Source: Oceanispirochaeta sp.
Lineage (GTDB): Bacteria > Spirochaetota > Spirochaetia > DSM-2461
Assembly (NCBI GenBank): GCA_963666275.2
Contig: CAXXOA010000001.1
Span: forward strand, 2,496,001-2,560,000
DNA length: 64,000 bases
Direction of reading: 5' to 3'
The position numbers were made by a program, and so were the translations under genes. This document shows positions 10,662 to 20,458 of the stretch, one piece after another. Numbering within the stretch: position 1 is the stretch's first letter; every line of letters starts with the position of its first letter. The notes under the pieces are model-generated. The model saw only the letters and a list, made by a program, of their open reading frames with translations. It ran no database searches and was not told the origin of the DNA.

Positions 10662-11163
10662 AGACTTCCCCCTTCTTGAGAATTTCACTGATTTTCTGTC
10701 TGGCTCTGAAAACCCGGATTTTGACATTTCCCTCCGAGATTTTCAGTATTTCACCGATCTGTTTATAATTCAGACCGCCGTACTCTTTCAGGGTCAGAAC
10801 AACCCGCATTTTGTAAGGCAGCTGCATCAACGCATCCTGGACCATCCTTTTGGATTCGTCCTCCATCATACCCTTCTCTCCCTGATTTGTAATTTCAGGT
10901 TTGGGCTCGTGATAGTATTTCTGATAAGCGTTCCTCTCCCGGCCTTTGCGCTTTTCATGATTCAGCGCCAGATTTTTTACAACCCTGATCAGCCAGTATT
11001 TTGACTGGTCTCCGGGGGGTATCTTATCCATTCTTTCAAAATACCGGATAAATGCTTCCTGGCAAAGATCTTCGCTCACGGCATTAGACCCGGTAATCCT
11101 ATAGGCTACACGCATCAAAAGGGGGTATAGCTCGTTGTATGTCCTCTCAAATTCTTCTGACAC
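10651..11163 (-). CDS. ECF RNA polymerase sigma factor (RpoE-like)
   Basis: Sigma70 region 2 (EDLCQEAF, WLIRVVKNLALN) and region 4 (YKQIGEILKISEGNVKIRVFRAR). Confidence 0.92.
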   Translation of the reverse strand: MSEEFERTYNELYPLLMRVAYRITGSNAVSEDLCQEAFIRYFERMDKIPPGDQSKYWLIRVVKNLALNHEKRKGRERNAYQKYYHEPKPEITNQGEKGMMEDESKRMVQDALMQLPYKMRVVLTLKEYGGLNYKQIGEILKISEGNVKIRVFRARQKISEILKKGEVYVP

Positions 11164-11218
11164 GTATCTTACCCTTTACCATAGAAACAGGAGAAACACT
11201 GTAATGTTACAGGATTTT

Positions 11219-12637
11219 TCAGATTTTTTTCCATTGGACCCCGTCGGGTGAATCTATGATCTGAATTCCCCTGGCAAGCAGATCATCCCTGATTTTATCG
11301 GCGGCGGCAAAGTCCCTGTTTTTCCTGGCTTCCTGCCTCTGTCCTATCAGGTCTTCGATCTCTTTATCGAGAGGCTCTTCCGGGCTCTCCTCCGTCTCTT
11401 CGGCTTCGGCCAGGCGGAATCCCATGATCTTGTCCATTTCAAGAAGAAGCCCCAGTTTCTCCCCATCCTGAAGCTCACTGTTTTTCAGGGTGCTCCACAT
11501 ATCCGCAAGACAGCGGGGTGTATTCAGATCCTGGGAGATATGGGAGATAAAGTCATCCATAACTTTCCGGGCTTCCGGTGAGAAGGATTCCACAGCGGCG
11601 GGAGTGCTGCTCTTTTTCAGCTGGATTGTTTTTCTGATTAAACTTTCCCGGGCGCTTCTTGCCGCATCCAGAGATTCCCAGGAGAAAACAAGCTGGGAGC
11701 GGTAGTGCCCTCCCAGGAGGAAATAGCGGTAGTCCATGGCGTCGTAGCCCTTGTCCACCAGATCCTGCAGGGTGAGGAATCCCCCTTTGGATTTGGACAT
11801 TTTACCGTTTTTCATGATGATAAACTCATTATGCAGCCAGTAGTTGACCCATTTACAGCCGTTGGCGGCCTCGGACTGGGCGATTTCGTTGGTATGATGC
11901 ACAGGAACATGATCGATTCCACCGCAGTGGATATCAAAATGAGGTCCCAGATATTTCGAGCTCATGGCACTGCATTCCAGATGCCAGCCGGGATAGCCCA
12001 CTCCCCAGGGGGAGTCCCAGGTCATGGCCTGCTTTTCGAATTTGCTGTTGGTAAACCACAGAACAAAGTCCTGGGCGTTTTTCTTGTTTTCATCCACAGC
12101 CGTACGGGCCCCGTGCTGGAGATCCTGTTTATCCAGCCCGGCCATTTTGCCGTAGGAGGGAAACCGGGATGTATCAAAATAGACATTGCCCCCGGCGGTA
12201 TAGGTATAGCCTTTCTCTTCCAGAGTCCTGACCAGATCGATCATCTCCTGAATGTGCTCTGTGGCTTTGCACACCTGATGGGGAATCCGGATATTCAGAC
12301 GGTCCGTATCCCTGAAAAAAGCTTCTGTGAAAAACTCGGCGATGTCCCATACGGACATTCCCTTTTCCCGGGAGGCTTTGATCATCTTGTCCTCGCCCTC
12401 ATCTCCGTCATCGGTCAGATGGCCCACATCGGTCACATTCATAACATGGGTGACATCGTACCCGGCGTATTCCAGAGTCCGTCTGAGGACATCTTCGAAG
12501 GTATAGGGGCGCATATTGCCTATGTGAGCATAGTTGTAGACGGTAGGTCCGCAGCAGTAGATTCCGACTTTCCCCTCTGTAATGGGTTTAAACTCCTGCA
12601 TTTCTCTTCCGTCGGAATTAAAAAAATGAACCTTCAC
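11219..12637 (-). CDS. cysS: Cysteine--tRNA ligase
   Basis: CGPTVY, HIGN, PGWHLECSAM, KMSKS. Confidence 0.97.
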   Translation of the reverse strand: MKVHFFNSDGREMQEFKPITEGKVGIYCCGPTVYNYAHIGNMRPYTFEDVLRRTLEYAGYDVTHVMNVTDVGHLTDDGDEGEDKMIKASREKGMSVWDIAEFFTEAFFRDTDRLNIRIPHQVCKATEHIQEMIDLVRTLEEKGYTYTAGGNVYFDTSRFPSYGKMAGLDKQDLQHGARTAVDENKKNAQDFVLWFTNSKFEKQAMTWDSPWGVGYPGWHLECSAMSSKYLGPHFDIHCGGIDHVPVHHTNEIAQSEAANGCKWVNYWLHNEFIIMKNGKMSKSKGGFLTLQDLVDKGYDAMDYRYFLLGGHYRSQLVFSWESLDAARSARESLIRKTIQLKKSSTPAAVESFSPEARKVMDDFISHISQDLNTPRCLADMWSTLKNSELQDGEKLGLLLEMDKIMGFRLAEAEETEESPEEPLDKEIEDLIGQRQEARKNRDFAAADKIRDDLLARGIQIIDSPDGVQWKKI

Positions 12638-12692
12638 AATTTCTCCTCAGCCCAGGTTGTCACGCCCAAAGCGTACAATTATCATAAGTATT

Positions 12693-13613
12693 GTGTACAA
12701 AGTAGAAAAAATCCGCAAAAAAATCAATATAAAGGGACCTGTGAGAGAACAGGAACCCCTGAACAGCCATACAACCTTTCAGACCGGCGGTCCCGCTGAC
12801 ATATATATGGAACCGGAGGATACGGAAGAGCTGATCAGAATTGTCAGAGCCCTGAAGGAGCTGGAGATCCCCTGTTTTATTCTGGGGGGAGGAGCCAATA
12901 TCCTTGTCTCCGACAAAGGCGTGAGGGGCGTCGTGATTTCTACAAGCAGGCTGAACAGAATCGGCCTGACCGGTGAGGTACTGACCCTGGAATCGGGCCT
13001 GGATATCTCTCTGGCTGCCCTGAAAGCAGGCCGATGGGGTCTGGCGGGCCTTGAGTTTATCTACGGCATGCCCGGTTCTGTCGGGGGAGCCCTCTGGATG
13101 AACGCCCGCTGCTACGGGGGAGAGATTTCCCGGAGTCTGATCTGGACGGAAATCCTGAATGAAAAGCTTGAACGGGAGAGAATACCCTTCCGGGAAAGCG
13201 ACTGGGACTACAAAGTTTCCCCCTTTCAGAATAGAGAGTGTGTTATACTTTCCGCAGCGTTCCGGATGCAGCGGAAAAAGGCGTCGGATCTGATATCCCG
13301 TATGGATGATATAAAGAACGACAGGGAGCAGAAAGGACACTACCGGGCCCCCTGCGGAGGGTCCACGTTCAAGAATAACCGCAGTTTCGGCGCTCCCTCG
13401 GGTGTACTGATAGAACGGGCGGGCCTGAAGGGAACCAGAATCGGCGGAGCGGCGGTCTCGTCCTGGCATGGGAATATCCTGATCAACGAAAACCATGCCA
13501 CTTCGACAGAAATTGCCAGCCTGATAGAACTGGTTCAGCAGAAGGTGCAGGCAGAGACCGGTTACCTTCTGGAACCTGAAGTTCTGAAAGTGGGTGAGTG
13601 GTCAGACAGCTGA
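12693..13613 (+). CDS. murB: UDP-N-acetylenolpyruvoylglucosamine reductase
   Basis: HTTFQTGGPA, GGGANIL, PGSVGGALWMNA, GSTFKN; start uncertain (GTG 12693 or TTG 12657). Confidence 0.93.
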   Translation: MYKVEKIRKKINIKGPVREQEPLNSHTTFQTGGPADIYMEPEDTEELIRIVRALKELEIPCFILGGGANILVSDKGVRGVVISTSRLNRIGLTGEVLTLESGLDISLAALKAGRWGLAGLEFIYGMPGSVGGALWMNARCYGGEISRSLIWTEILNEKLERERIPFRESDWDYKVSPFQNRECVILSAAFRMQRKKASDLISRMDDIKNDREQKGHYRAPCGGSTFKNNRSFGAPSGVLIERAGLKGTRIGGAAVSSWHGNILINENHATSTEIASLIELVQQKVQAETGYLLEPEVLKVGEWSDS

Positions 13614-13672
13614 CAGGTCGGTTTAAAAAATACAGACTCCCTGATATGATAACACAATGAGGAGGCAGCAGA

Positions 13673-15019
13673 TTGGAAAACCTGATAGAGAATCTTAAAC
13701 AGTACATGGACCCTCTTCATGACGAATTCCTCAAAGATCTGATGCGCTCTCTCAGTGCAGCGGAGCTGGCGGAAATATGGGATAAATTCACCCCCGAGGA
13801 AAAACTGAAACTCTTTCTTGTGATTGAGCCTGAAAACAGGGGCGATCTTCTCCATGAACTGCCCCTGTATGAACAGGAGCACCTTATAAGCGAACTTTCG
13901 GAAAAGGGCGCCAGGGATCTCCTGGACCAGATGGAACCGGATGACCTGGTAGACCTTATTCAGGATCTGAGTCCTGAACTGCGTTCGTCCGTCTGGGAGA
14001 ATATGAGCTCCAAGGCCCGGGATGAAATGACCTTTCTCCTTCGCTTTGACGAAGATGATGCGGCAGGACTGATGACAACCCGTTACGCCGCCATCCTGGC
14101 GGATATTTCGGTGGTACATGCGCTGAACTTTATCCGATCCAATATGGACAAACTGGAAACAGTCTATTACGTCTACGTGGTGGATCACCTGAAAAGGCTG
14201 ATCGGCGTAGTCTCTCTGAAGGATATCCTGAGGGCCAGGGATGCGGATAAAATTTCCGATATTATGCAGGATGATGTGATTTTCGTTCATGACGATACGG
14301 ACCAGGAGGAGTCTGCCCGGGTTCTGGAAAACCACGACCTGCTGGCTCTCCCCGTAGTGGACCGGTTCAACAGACTCCTGGGTATTATCACCTTCGATGA
14401 CGTGATCGATGTTATCAGGGAGGAACAGACCGAGGATATTTATAAGATGGGTGCCATGGTGGGCGACACCATGAGCTATATGGAAACCTCCATCTGGGGT
14501 CTTGTGAAGAAAAGGCTTCCCTGGCTGATTATCCTGCTGGCAGCGGGAACCATCACCACCAACGTGCTCCACTCCTATGAATCCTTCTATCTGACGGCAG
14601 CATTCCTGACGCTGTTTATTCCTGTCATAACCCAGACAGGGGGTAATTCGGGAACCCAGTCGTCGACCCTGATGATCCGGGGGCTTGCCACGGGGGAACT
14701 CCATTTCCGGGATCTGTGGAAGGTCATGGTCAAAGAGATGCTAGTGGGGCTTCTGATCGGAGCTGTCACAGGACTGGTGATCCTGACCAGAGCCTATTTT
14801 ACTCCTCCCGGGATCAATTTTCTTCCCGCAGTAGCCATTGCCATCTCCCTGTGCTGCGTTGTGATTTTCGCCACCGTTCTGGGAGCCCTGGTTCCCATGC
14901 TGATACACAGACTGGGATTTGACCCCACCGTTGCGGCCGGGCCTCTCATGTCGACTGTGATTGATGTGTGCGGACTGACCATTTTCTTTGAAGTCTCCCG
15001 GCGCGTTCTTCATCTATGA
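13673..15019 (+). CDS. mgtE: Magnesium transporter MgtE
   Basis: MgtE_N, CBS pair, TGGNSGTQ and DPTVAAGPLMSTVID; GAGGAGG RBS. Confidence 0.95.
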   Translation: MENLIENLKQYMDPLHDEFLKDLMRSLSAAELAEIWDKFTPEEKLKLFLVIEPENRGDLLHELPLYEQEHLISELSEKGARDLLDQMEPDDLVDLIQDLSPELRSSVWENMSSKARDEMTFLLRFDEDDAAGLMTTRYAAILADISVVHALNFIRSNMDKLETVYYVYVVDHLKRLIGVVSLKDILRARDADKISDIMQDDVIFVHDDTDQEESARVLENHDLLALPVVDRFNRLLGIITFDDVIDVIREEQTEDIYKMGAMVGDTMSYMETSIWGLVKKRLPWLIILLAAGTITTNVLHSYESFYLTAAFLTLFIPVITQTGGNSGTQSSTLMIRGLATGELHFRDLWKVMVKEMLVGLLIGAVTGLVILTRAYFTPPGINFLPAVAIAISLCCVVIFATVLGALVPMLIHRLGFDPTVAAGPLMSTVIDVCGLTIFFEVSRRVLHL

Positions 15020-16008
15020 GCCGGATCTCAGACAGTTTTCATACCCGCACTTCCACGGTTGTCAGCATCTCCCCTCCCCTCCGCAGGATGGGCCCTGAAG
15101 GGAGAATCTATTTTGCCGGCTCCTGCTTTGCCTCCCACCTGGCGGGCTTCTGGGAGGATCATTTCCTTCAGGGCAGGAACACTCTGTTCGGCAATATCTA
15201 CAACCCCGGAAGCCTGGCGCAAACGATGGGGCTTCTCTGTTCGGACGCTCTGATTCAGAAGGAAGACCTGTTTTTCCATGCCGACCTGTGGCGGCACTCC
15301 CTTTTTGATACAGCAAAGACCTCTCTCAGCAGGGATGAGCTCCTGGAAGAGCTCAACAGGGATCTGGAGGTACACAGGAGTTTTCTGAAAACCTGTACCA
15401 CCCTGGTTGTGACCCTGGGAACAGCCTGGGTATACAGGGAGAACGAAACGGGAAAGATTGTGAACAACTGCCATAAAAGGCCGGGAAGCGATTTTTCCAG
15501 GGAGTCCCTTTCCCCTGCAGAGGTCAGAGAGAGCCTGCTGAGTGTGAAAAAAGAGATAGCCCGTTTTAACAGCAATCTCCATATCATATGGACTCTGAGC
15601 CCGGTGAGGCACCTGAGGGATTCGGCAGTGGAAAACTCCCTGAGCAAAGCCCTTCTCCGCTGCGGGATCGATGAAATCTGCCGGGGTTCAGAGGATGACG
15701 ACTACTTTCCCGCCTATGAAATCATGATGGATGAGCTGCGGGACTACCGCTGGTATGCCCCGGATCTGAGTCATCCCTCATCACAGGCTGTGGAATATAT
15801 TATGAAAAGGTTCTGCGAAGCCGCCGGGACCCGGGAACTGGAAGAGTACCTAGGAAAAGCGGAGAAAATCCTGAATTTACTGAACCATCGGATCCAGCTT
15901 CCCGATTCGCCCCGGGGACAGGAATTTCTGACAAAAAGGCGTTCCGCCATTGAAGAGTTCCGGCAGAAATACCCTTTTGCCTCCCTCAGATCTCAGGATA
16001 CCCTGTAA
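15016..16008 (+). CDS. GSCFA-domain protein (SGNH-like)
   Basis: AGSCFA, FGNIYNP, TLGTAWVY, NCHK, SPVRH, YFPAYEIMMDELRDYRWY. Confidence 0.9.
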   Translation: MSRISDSFHTRTSTVVSISPPLRRMGPEGRIYFAGSCFASHLAGFWEDHFLQGRNTLFGNIYNPGSLAQTMGLLCSDALIQKEDLFFHADLWRHSLFDTAKTSLSRDELLEELNRDLEVHRSFLKTCTTLVVTLGTAWVYRENETGKIVNNCHKRPGSDFSRESLSPAEVRESLLSVKKEIARFNSNLHIIWTLSPVRHLRDSAVENSLSKALLRCGIDEICRGSEDDDYFPAYEIMMDELRDYRWYAPDLSHPSSQAVEYIMKRFCEAAGTRELEEYLGKAEKILNLLNHRIQLPDSPRGQEFLTKRRSAIEEFRQKYPFASLRSQDTL

Positions 16009-17533
16009 TGTCCTGAATCTCCCTGTAGAGCTTCTGCATCCGGGGATAGATCTTTTTATAGACTCTGAACAGTTTCTGATAGAGCCGGGCATTCTCTTTC
16101 TGGGGATAGAAGGTCTTTTCCCGGCTTGTCATAGCCTGGACAGCCCTGTCCACATCCGGATGATTCCCGAGCCCCACATGCACCAGTACGGCCGCTCCCA
16201 GGGCAGAGGTCTCATAGGTATGGGGCCTGTAGAGAGGCCGGTTCAGGATATCTGAAGTGATCTGACAGATAAGATCGCTCCGGCTGGCTCCCCCCGAGGC
16301 GGCCACTTCGGGACATCTGAATCGTCCCCGGCGCTCCAGGGTTTCAAGGCCCTCACGGAGTTCATACCCCAGACCTTCGATGGTAGCCCGGTAGATGGAG
16401 CTGCGGGTATGGACATCGCCGAATCCGATAAGTGCCCCCTTGGCCAGGGGATCCTTCAGGCCCGGCCCCCAGTAGGGCTGCATCATAAGACCCCGGCAGC
16501 CGGGAGGATCCGCATGAAGGAGTTTTTCAAGGAGCTCTTCGGTCAGGACGCCCCGGCGTTCCGCTTCCTCCTGTTCCATCTGTCCCATCTGATCCCGGAA
16601 CCAGCTGATCATCCAGTACCCCCTGTAGATCTCAATTTCAGGGGTCCACGCACCGGGATAGGCTGAGCAGTAGGAGGGCAGAAAAGGGAGGGGTTCGAAG
16701 TACCGGCGGGAGACGACTCCCACGGTGGCCATGGTTCCGAAGCTCAGGGAGGCCCTGGACGTGTCAAGACAGCCGGCTCCCAGGGTTTCGCAGCTTTTAT
16801 CACTGCCGCAGGCAATCACAGGCAGCCCCCGGGGCAGACCTGTCTGTTCCGCCGCCTCAGCCGTAAGCCCCCCGATGATCTCGCCGGGCTCCTTGAGGAT
16901 GCAGAGTTTTTCAGATTCCACGGGGAAGAGTTTTCTTTTGAGAGAGAACCGGCCTCCCCAGTCCCTCTTTCTGTAATCCATGGGGATATGCCCCACCATG
17001 GAAGCCACCGAGTCTGCGGGGATCCCTGTGAGGCGGTAGTTCAGAAAGCCCGAAACCTGCAGGTATTTCCAGGTATTCTCCCAGACAGTCTTTTCATTTT
17101 CCTGCAGCCAGTTGCCCTTGCCGTCCCTCATGGCTTTCAGGACAACCTTGTCCTTCCGGATAATCCAGTACAGCAGGTTCAGAGGGAACCGGGGTTTAAA
17201 GGATCCTCCGGCCTTTCTTGTATCCAGCCAGGTAATGGCGGGGCGCAGAACCTCCCCCCGGGAGCCCAGATTGATCATGGTATCCCTCAGAGCGGTGACT
17301 CCCAGCCCGGAAATCCCGCTGAAGATTTCAGGAGACCGCTCTTTTATCCTTCCGCAGGAGGAAACAAGAGCCTGCCAGAAAATATCAGGATCCTGTTCGG
17401 CCCATCCCGGCCGGGAGGATTCGTAGGGGGCATACTCGATTTTTTCCTGCTCCCGGATGGTGCCGTCTGAGGAAAAGACAAGGGCCTTCAGGCTCTGGGT
17501 ACCGCAGTCTACGGCCAGAACAAGGTTTTTCAT
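15986..17533 (-). CDS. FGGY-family carbohydrate kinase
   Basis: AVDCGTQSLKA, GWAEQDP, SGGASRS; start MKNLV at 17533 coupled to the HDAC stop (ATGA). Confidence 0.9.
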   Translation of the reverse strand: MKNLVLAVDCGTQSLKALVFSSDGTIREQEKIEYAPYESSRPGWAEQDPDIFWQALVSSCGRIKERSPEIFSGISGLGVTALRDTMINLGSRGEVLRPAITWLDTRKAGGSFKPRFPLNLLYWIIRKDKVVLKAMRDGKGNWLQENEKTVWENTWKYLQVSGFLNYRLTGIPADSVASMVGHIPMDYRKRDWGGRFSLKRKLFPVESEKLCILKEPGEIIGGLTAEAAEQTGLPRGLPVIACGSDKSCETLGAGCLDTSRASLSFGTMATVGVVSRRYFEPLPFLPSYCSAYPGAWTPEIEIYRGYWMISWFRDQMGQMEQEEAERRGVLTEELLEKLLHADPPGCRGLMMQPYWGPGLKDPLAKGALIGFGDVHTRSSIYRATIEGLGYELREGLETLERRGRFRCPEVAASGGASRSDLICQITSDILNRPLYRPHTYETSALGAAVLVHVGLGNHPDVDRAVQAMTSREKTFYPQKENARLYQKLFRVYKKIYPRMQKLYREIQDITGYPEI

Positions 17534-18558
17534 GAGGGATCGGAATCCGGAAGAGCCAGCTCTTTCATCAGAGCCCACTCGAGAAACTGCGTGTGAATCT
17601 CCCAGGAGGATTCCCCGTATCCCCCTGCGGCCACCCAGGCCTGGGGAATATTCCGTTCTTTCAGGAATTCATAAACCTTTGTGTCCCGTTCAAACATCTG
17701 CTGCTTTGTCAGCTTTATGGGTTCCGAGGAAGGGAGTTCATCCTTTTCGTAGGGATCCACACCTCCCACAACAAATGCCAGATCGGGTTTACCCTTCCCC
17801 GCCATCCACTCAAGGGCTTCCATCATCCGGGGAATGTAGAATTTCTCCTCACCCGAAGGGATACCGATATCGATATCCCCGGGAATCCAGGAGGGATTCA
17901 TTGTGCCGTCGCTGCGGTACTCCGGTTCATCCAGGGGCCAGCCCGATGCCATATGGATACTCATGGTAAGGATATCCTTCACATCCGCCAGGGCTTCGGC
18001 GGTACCGTCTCCTCTGTGAGCATCCAGGTCAATGACCCAGGCCGTTCTGATCTGCCCCTCCGCCCGGGCTTTGAGCAGGGCGGTGGTAATATCATTGAGA
18101 ACACAGAAACCGTGACCGAACCCCGGATGGGCATGATGCATCCCCCCGCCCAGGTAATAGCTGAAACCTTTCTGCAGGGCATGGCCGATGAGAAGGTAAC
18201 TTCCCGATATAATCCGCAGGACATCATTGAGCAGTTCCGTCAGAGGCTGCTGTGCCCTTGAGGGATCATAGCGGTTGTAGTTTCCCGCGCTGTCCATCAG
18301 CTCGTAGGCCTGGATCAGCCGGCTTTCCAGCTCGGGGCCGTAGAGGGATTTGATATACTCCTTTGTATGGGCGCGTTCCAGATCCTTCCTGTCGATCACC
18401 CGGGGAATATCCCCTACAAGCCATTTATCTTTCAGATCTCCCAGAATGGGATGCGCCAGCAGAGCATCGACTGTATTGGATTTGCGGGTATCCAGAGAAG
18501 GGATCCCGATCCCGTAGCGGGGAAAGGAAATGATTGCATTTCTGTTGTAGAGAACCAT
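17530..18558 (-). CDS. Histone deacetylase-family (Zn-dependent) amidohydrolase
   Basis: GGGMHHA, GFCVLND, IDLDAHRGDGT, GVDPY, GGY motifs. Confidence 0.9.
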   Translation of the reverse strand: MVLYNRNAIISFPRYGIGIPSLDTRKSNTVDALLAHPILGDLKDKWLVGDIPRVIDRKDLERAHTKEYIKSLYGPELESRLIQAYELMDSAGNYNRYDPSRAQQPLTELLNDVLRIISGSYLLIGHALQKGFSYYLGGGMHHAHPGFGHGFCVLNDITTALLKARAEGQIRTAWVIDLDAHRGDGTAEALADVKDILTMSIHMASGWPLDEPEYRSDGTMNPSWIPGDIDIGIPSGEEKFYIPRMMEALEWMAGKGKPDLAFVVGGVDPYEKDELPSSEPIKLTKQQMFERDTKVYEFLKERNIPQAWVAAGGYGESSWEIHTQFLEWALMKELALPDSDPS

Positions 18559-18565
18559 AGTTATT

Positions 18566-19408
18566 TTACTCCTTGAGGACCCATTTTTCCGGTGTATTCA
18601 CATAGGCTCTGAAAGCCTGCATCAGTTTTTCTGTTTCCGGACCGGGGGTGTCGGGAAACTCATGATCATTCACAAATCTGACAGGCAGAATTTCCCGGGA
18701 GGAGGATGTGATAAACATCTCCTGGGCTCCGCTGATATCCTGAAGAGTGATATCCCTGCAGCTCAACCGCTCCTCCCCTATCAGGCTCATGACAACCTGA
18801 CGGGTGACCCCTTTGAGGATATCCCGGCAGGGGGTAAACCAGCGGCCATCCCGGAAAAGAAAGAGATTTGACGTGGTCCCCTCCAGAACCCTGCCGTCCT
18901 TATCCGTATACAGGGCTTCTTCAGCCCCCTGCTCCCTGGCCCTGGCAGAGGCTTCCATGGCGGCAATGTAATTGACACTCTTGGCTTCCGGGTGATTTCG
19001 CACCTGGGAACAGGTGATCACCTTGACGCCCCTTTCGTACCATTCGGGGGGAAATGTCCGCAGGGGATCGGCCAGGATAAAAAGGTTGACCCCGTCTCTC
19101 CGGGTCATTTTTTCAAGACTGGAACCGACGGTGCAGACAATCCTGAGACCGGCCTCTTCGCCTTCCCAGTGTTTCAGGACCTGAAACATGGCCTGCTCAA
19201 TCTCATCGACGCTGTAGGGAATTTTCATTCCGATCCGGTCGGCTGAAAACTGCAGCCGTTTTATATGATCTTCCAGATGGAAGGGTTTTTTATTGTAGGT
19301 CCTAATAAAATCAAAGACTCCCAGTCCTCTGAGAATCCCCAGGTCCCTGACGGACAGGAGCATCTCCCTGTCATCCATCAGAGAGCCGTTCATCCAACCC
19401 AAACTCAA
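18566..19408 (-). CDS. Class IV PLP aminotransferase (branched-chain/D-amino acid/ADC lyase family)
   Basis: RGLGVFD, HIKRL, AKSVNY, EGTTSNLF, LKGVTR. Confidence 0.9.
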   Translation of the reverse strand: MSLGWMNGSLMDDREMLLSVRDLGILRGLGVFDFIRTYNKKPFHLEDHIKRLQFSADRIGMKIPYSVDEIEQAMFQVLKHWEGEEAGLRIVCTVGSSLEKMTRRDGVNLFILADPLRTFPPEWYERGVKVITCSQVRNHPEAKSVNYIAAMEASARAREQGAEEALYTDKDGRVLEGTTSNLFLFRDGRWFTPCRDILKGVTRQVVMSLIGEERLSCRDITLQDISGAQEMFITSSSREILPVRFVNDHEFPDTPGPETEKLMQAFRAYVNTPEKWVLKE

Positions 19409-19440
19409 GTGGGTACCTCCCTGTCAAACAGTGTATTTTT

Positions 19441-20052
19441 TTAAAATAGGATCAGTTCCCTAAACCCTCCGGACCAGTACTCCTCACCGTAATCCACGGT
19501 CAGCTGAGTCCCCGGGGGAATCAGATGTTCCGCCACAAAAAAAATAACCCAGCGGTTATCCTGCTTTGTGTGTTCCACCGCCAGATTGGGTTCAAAACTG
19601 TGATTCACATAGCGCAGTTCATTTCCCTTTTTCAGGGCATTGATTTCAAGCAGAATATCTTCATACCAGGCATCGGGATAGTCCCAGGTATAATCCGTCT
19701 CATATCCCCCGGTTTTTCCCGGAATATCCCGCACATCCAGTCCGGGGCCCACCACACCGGTGTACTCACCGATGAGAGCGCCCGGAGCCAGCTCGGACTC
19801 GGCAAAGAGGCCGTATCCCACGCCCTCTCCGGCCGGCCGGATCGAGACATCCGCCATGTGTCCGGCTTCCAGCAGAGAACCGTAGTCTGCCCATAACTGA
19901 TCAAACTCCTGTTTGTTCTCCCTGTAGTAGGGAGAGAGACTCAGATCTTTCCGGAATGAGGGGAAATCGAGGACTTCCGCTTTATCGAGATAGAGAAGCC
20001 CCTGCTGTTCCATAAAGGAGCGGCGCTCTTCGGGGGTATGCCATATTTTCAT
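19441..20052 (-). CDS. SET-domain lysine methyltransferase
   Basis: GYGLFA, GEYTG, RYVNHSFEPN, QLTVDYG SET motifs. Confidence 0.88.
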   Translation of the reverse strand: MKIWHTPEERRSFMEQQGLLYLDKAEVLDFPSFRKDLSLSPYYRENKQEFDQLWADYGSLLEAGHMADVSIRPAGEGVGYGLFAESELAPGALIGEYTGVVGPGLDVRDIPGKTGGYETDYTWDYPDAWYEDILLEINALKKGNELRYVNHSFEPNLAVEHTKQDNRWVIFFVAEHLIPPGTQLTVDYGEEYWSGGFRELILF

Positions 20053-20092
20053 GCCTCTATTATAGTCTGAATTTCAAAGGGAGCAAGTCGCT

Positions 20093-20395
20093 CTACTCAT
20101 CAGAGTCGGATTTATTTCTCAGCCAGCGGAGGGCGGAAAAAACAAGCCCGCCCAGAAGGACAATACGGAAAAAATAATCCAGACGGAGCACAAGCCAGTC
20201 ACCCCGGCAGGCGGTCCAGTCGGGCAGTTCCCTCCCGTCCAGCAGGGCCTTGATATGGGGCTCCCTGCTTATATAGTCGCTGTGTATGCTGTTGGATGCG
20301 GAAAAACTCAGAAAGGTCAGAACAAGAGAAACAAGAACCCATCCTGTCAGAAAGATCCAAAAAAGCTGTTTCCGGGTAATTTTTTTCTTTGCCAT
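20093..20395 (-). CDS. Small two-TM hypothetical membrane protein
   Basis: GGAGG RBS; two hydrophobic segments. Confidence 0.6.
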   Translation of the reverse strand: MAKKKITRKQLFWIFLTGWVLVSLVLTFLSFSASNSIHSDYISREPHIKALLDGRELPDWTACRGDWLVLRLDYFFRIVLLGGLVFSALRWLRNKSDSDE

Positions 20396-20458
20396 AAAAC
20401 TGTAAGCCTCCAGGTATAATTATGAAACAGGCCTGCCCAGGGAAGATTCCCGGTCCTG

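Noticed and set aside
15986..16008. Convergent 3' overlap of the GSCFA and FGGY genes as antisense regulation
   Set aside because: A 23-bp tail overlap is common in compact genomes; no further evidence.
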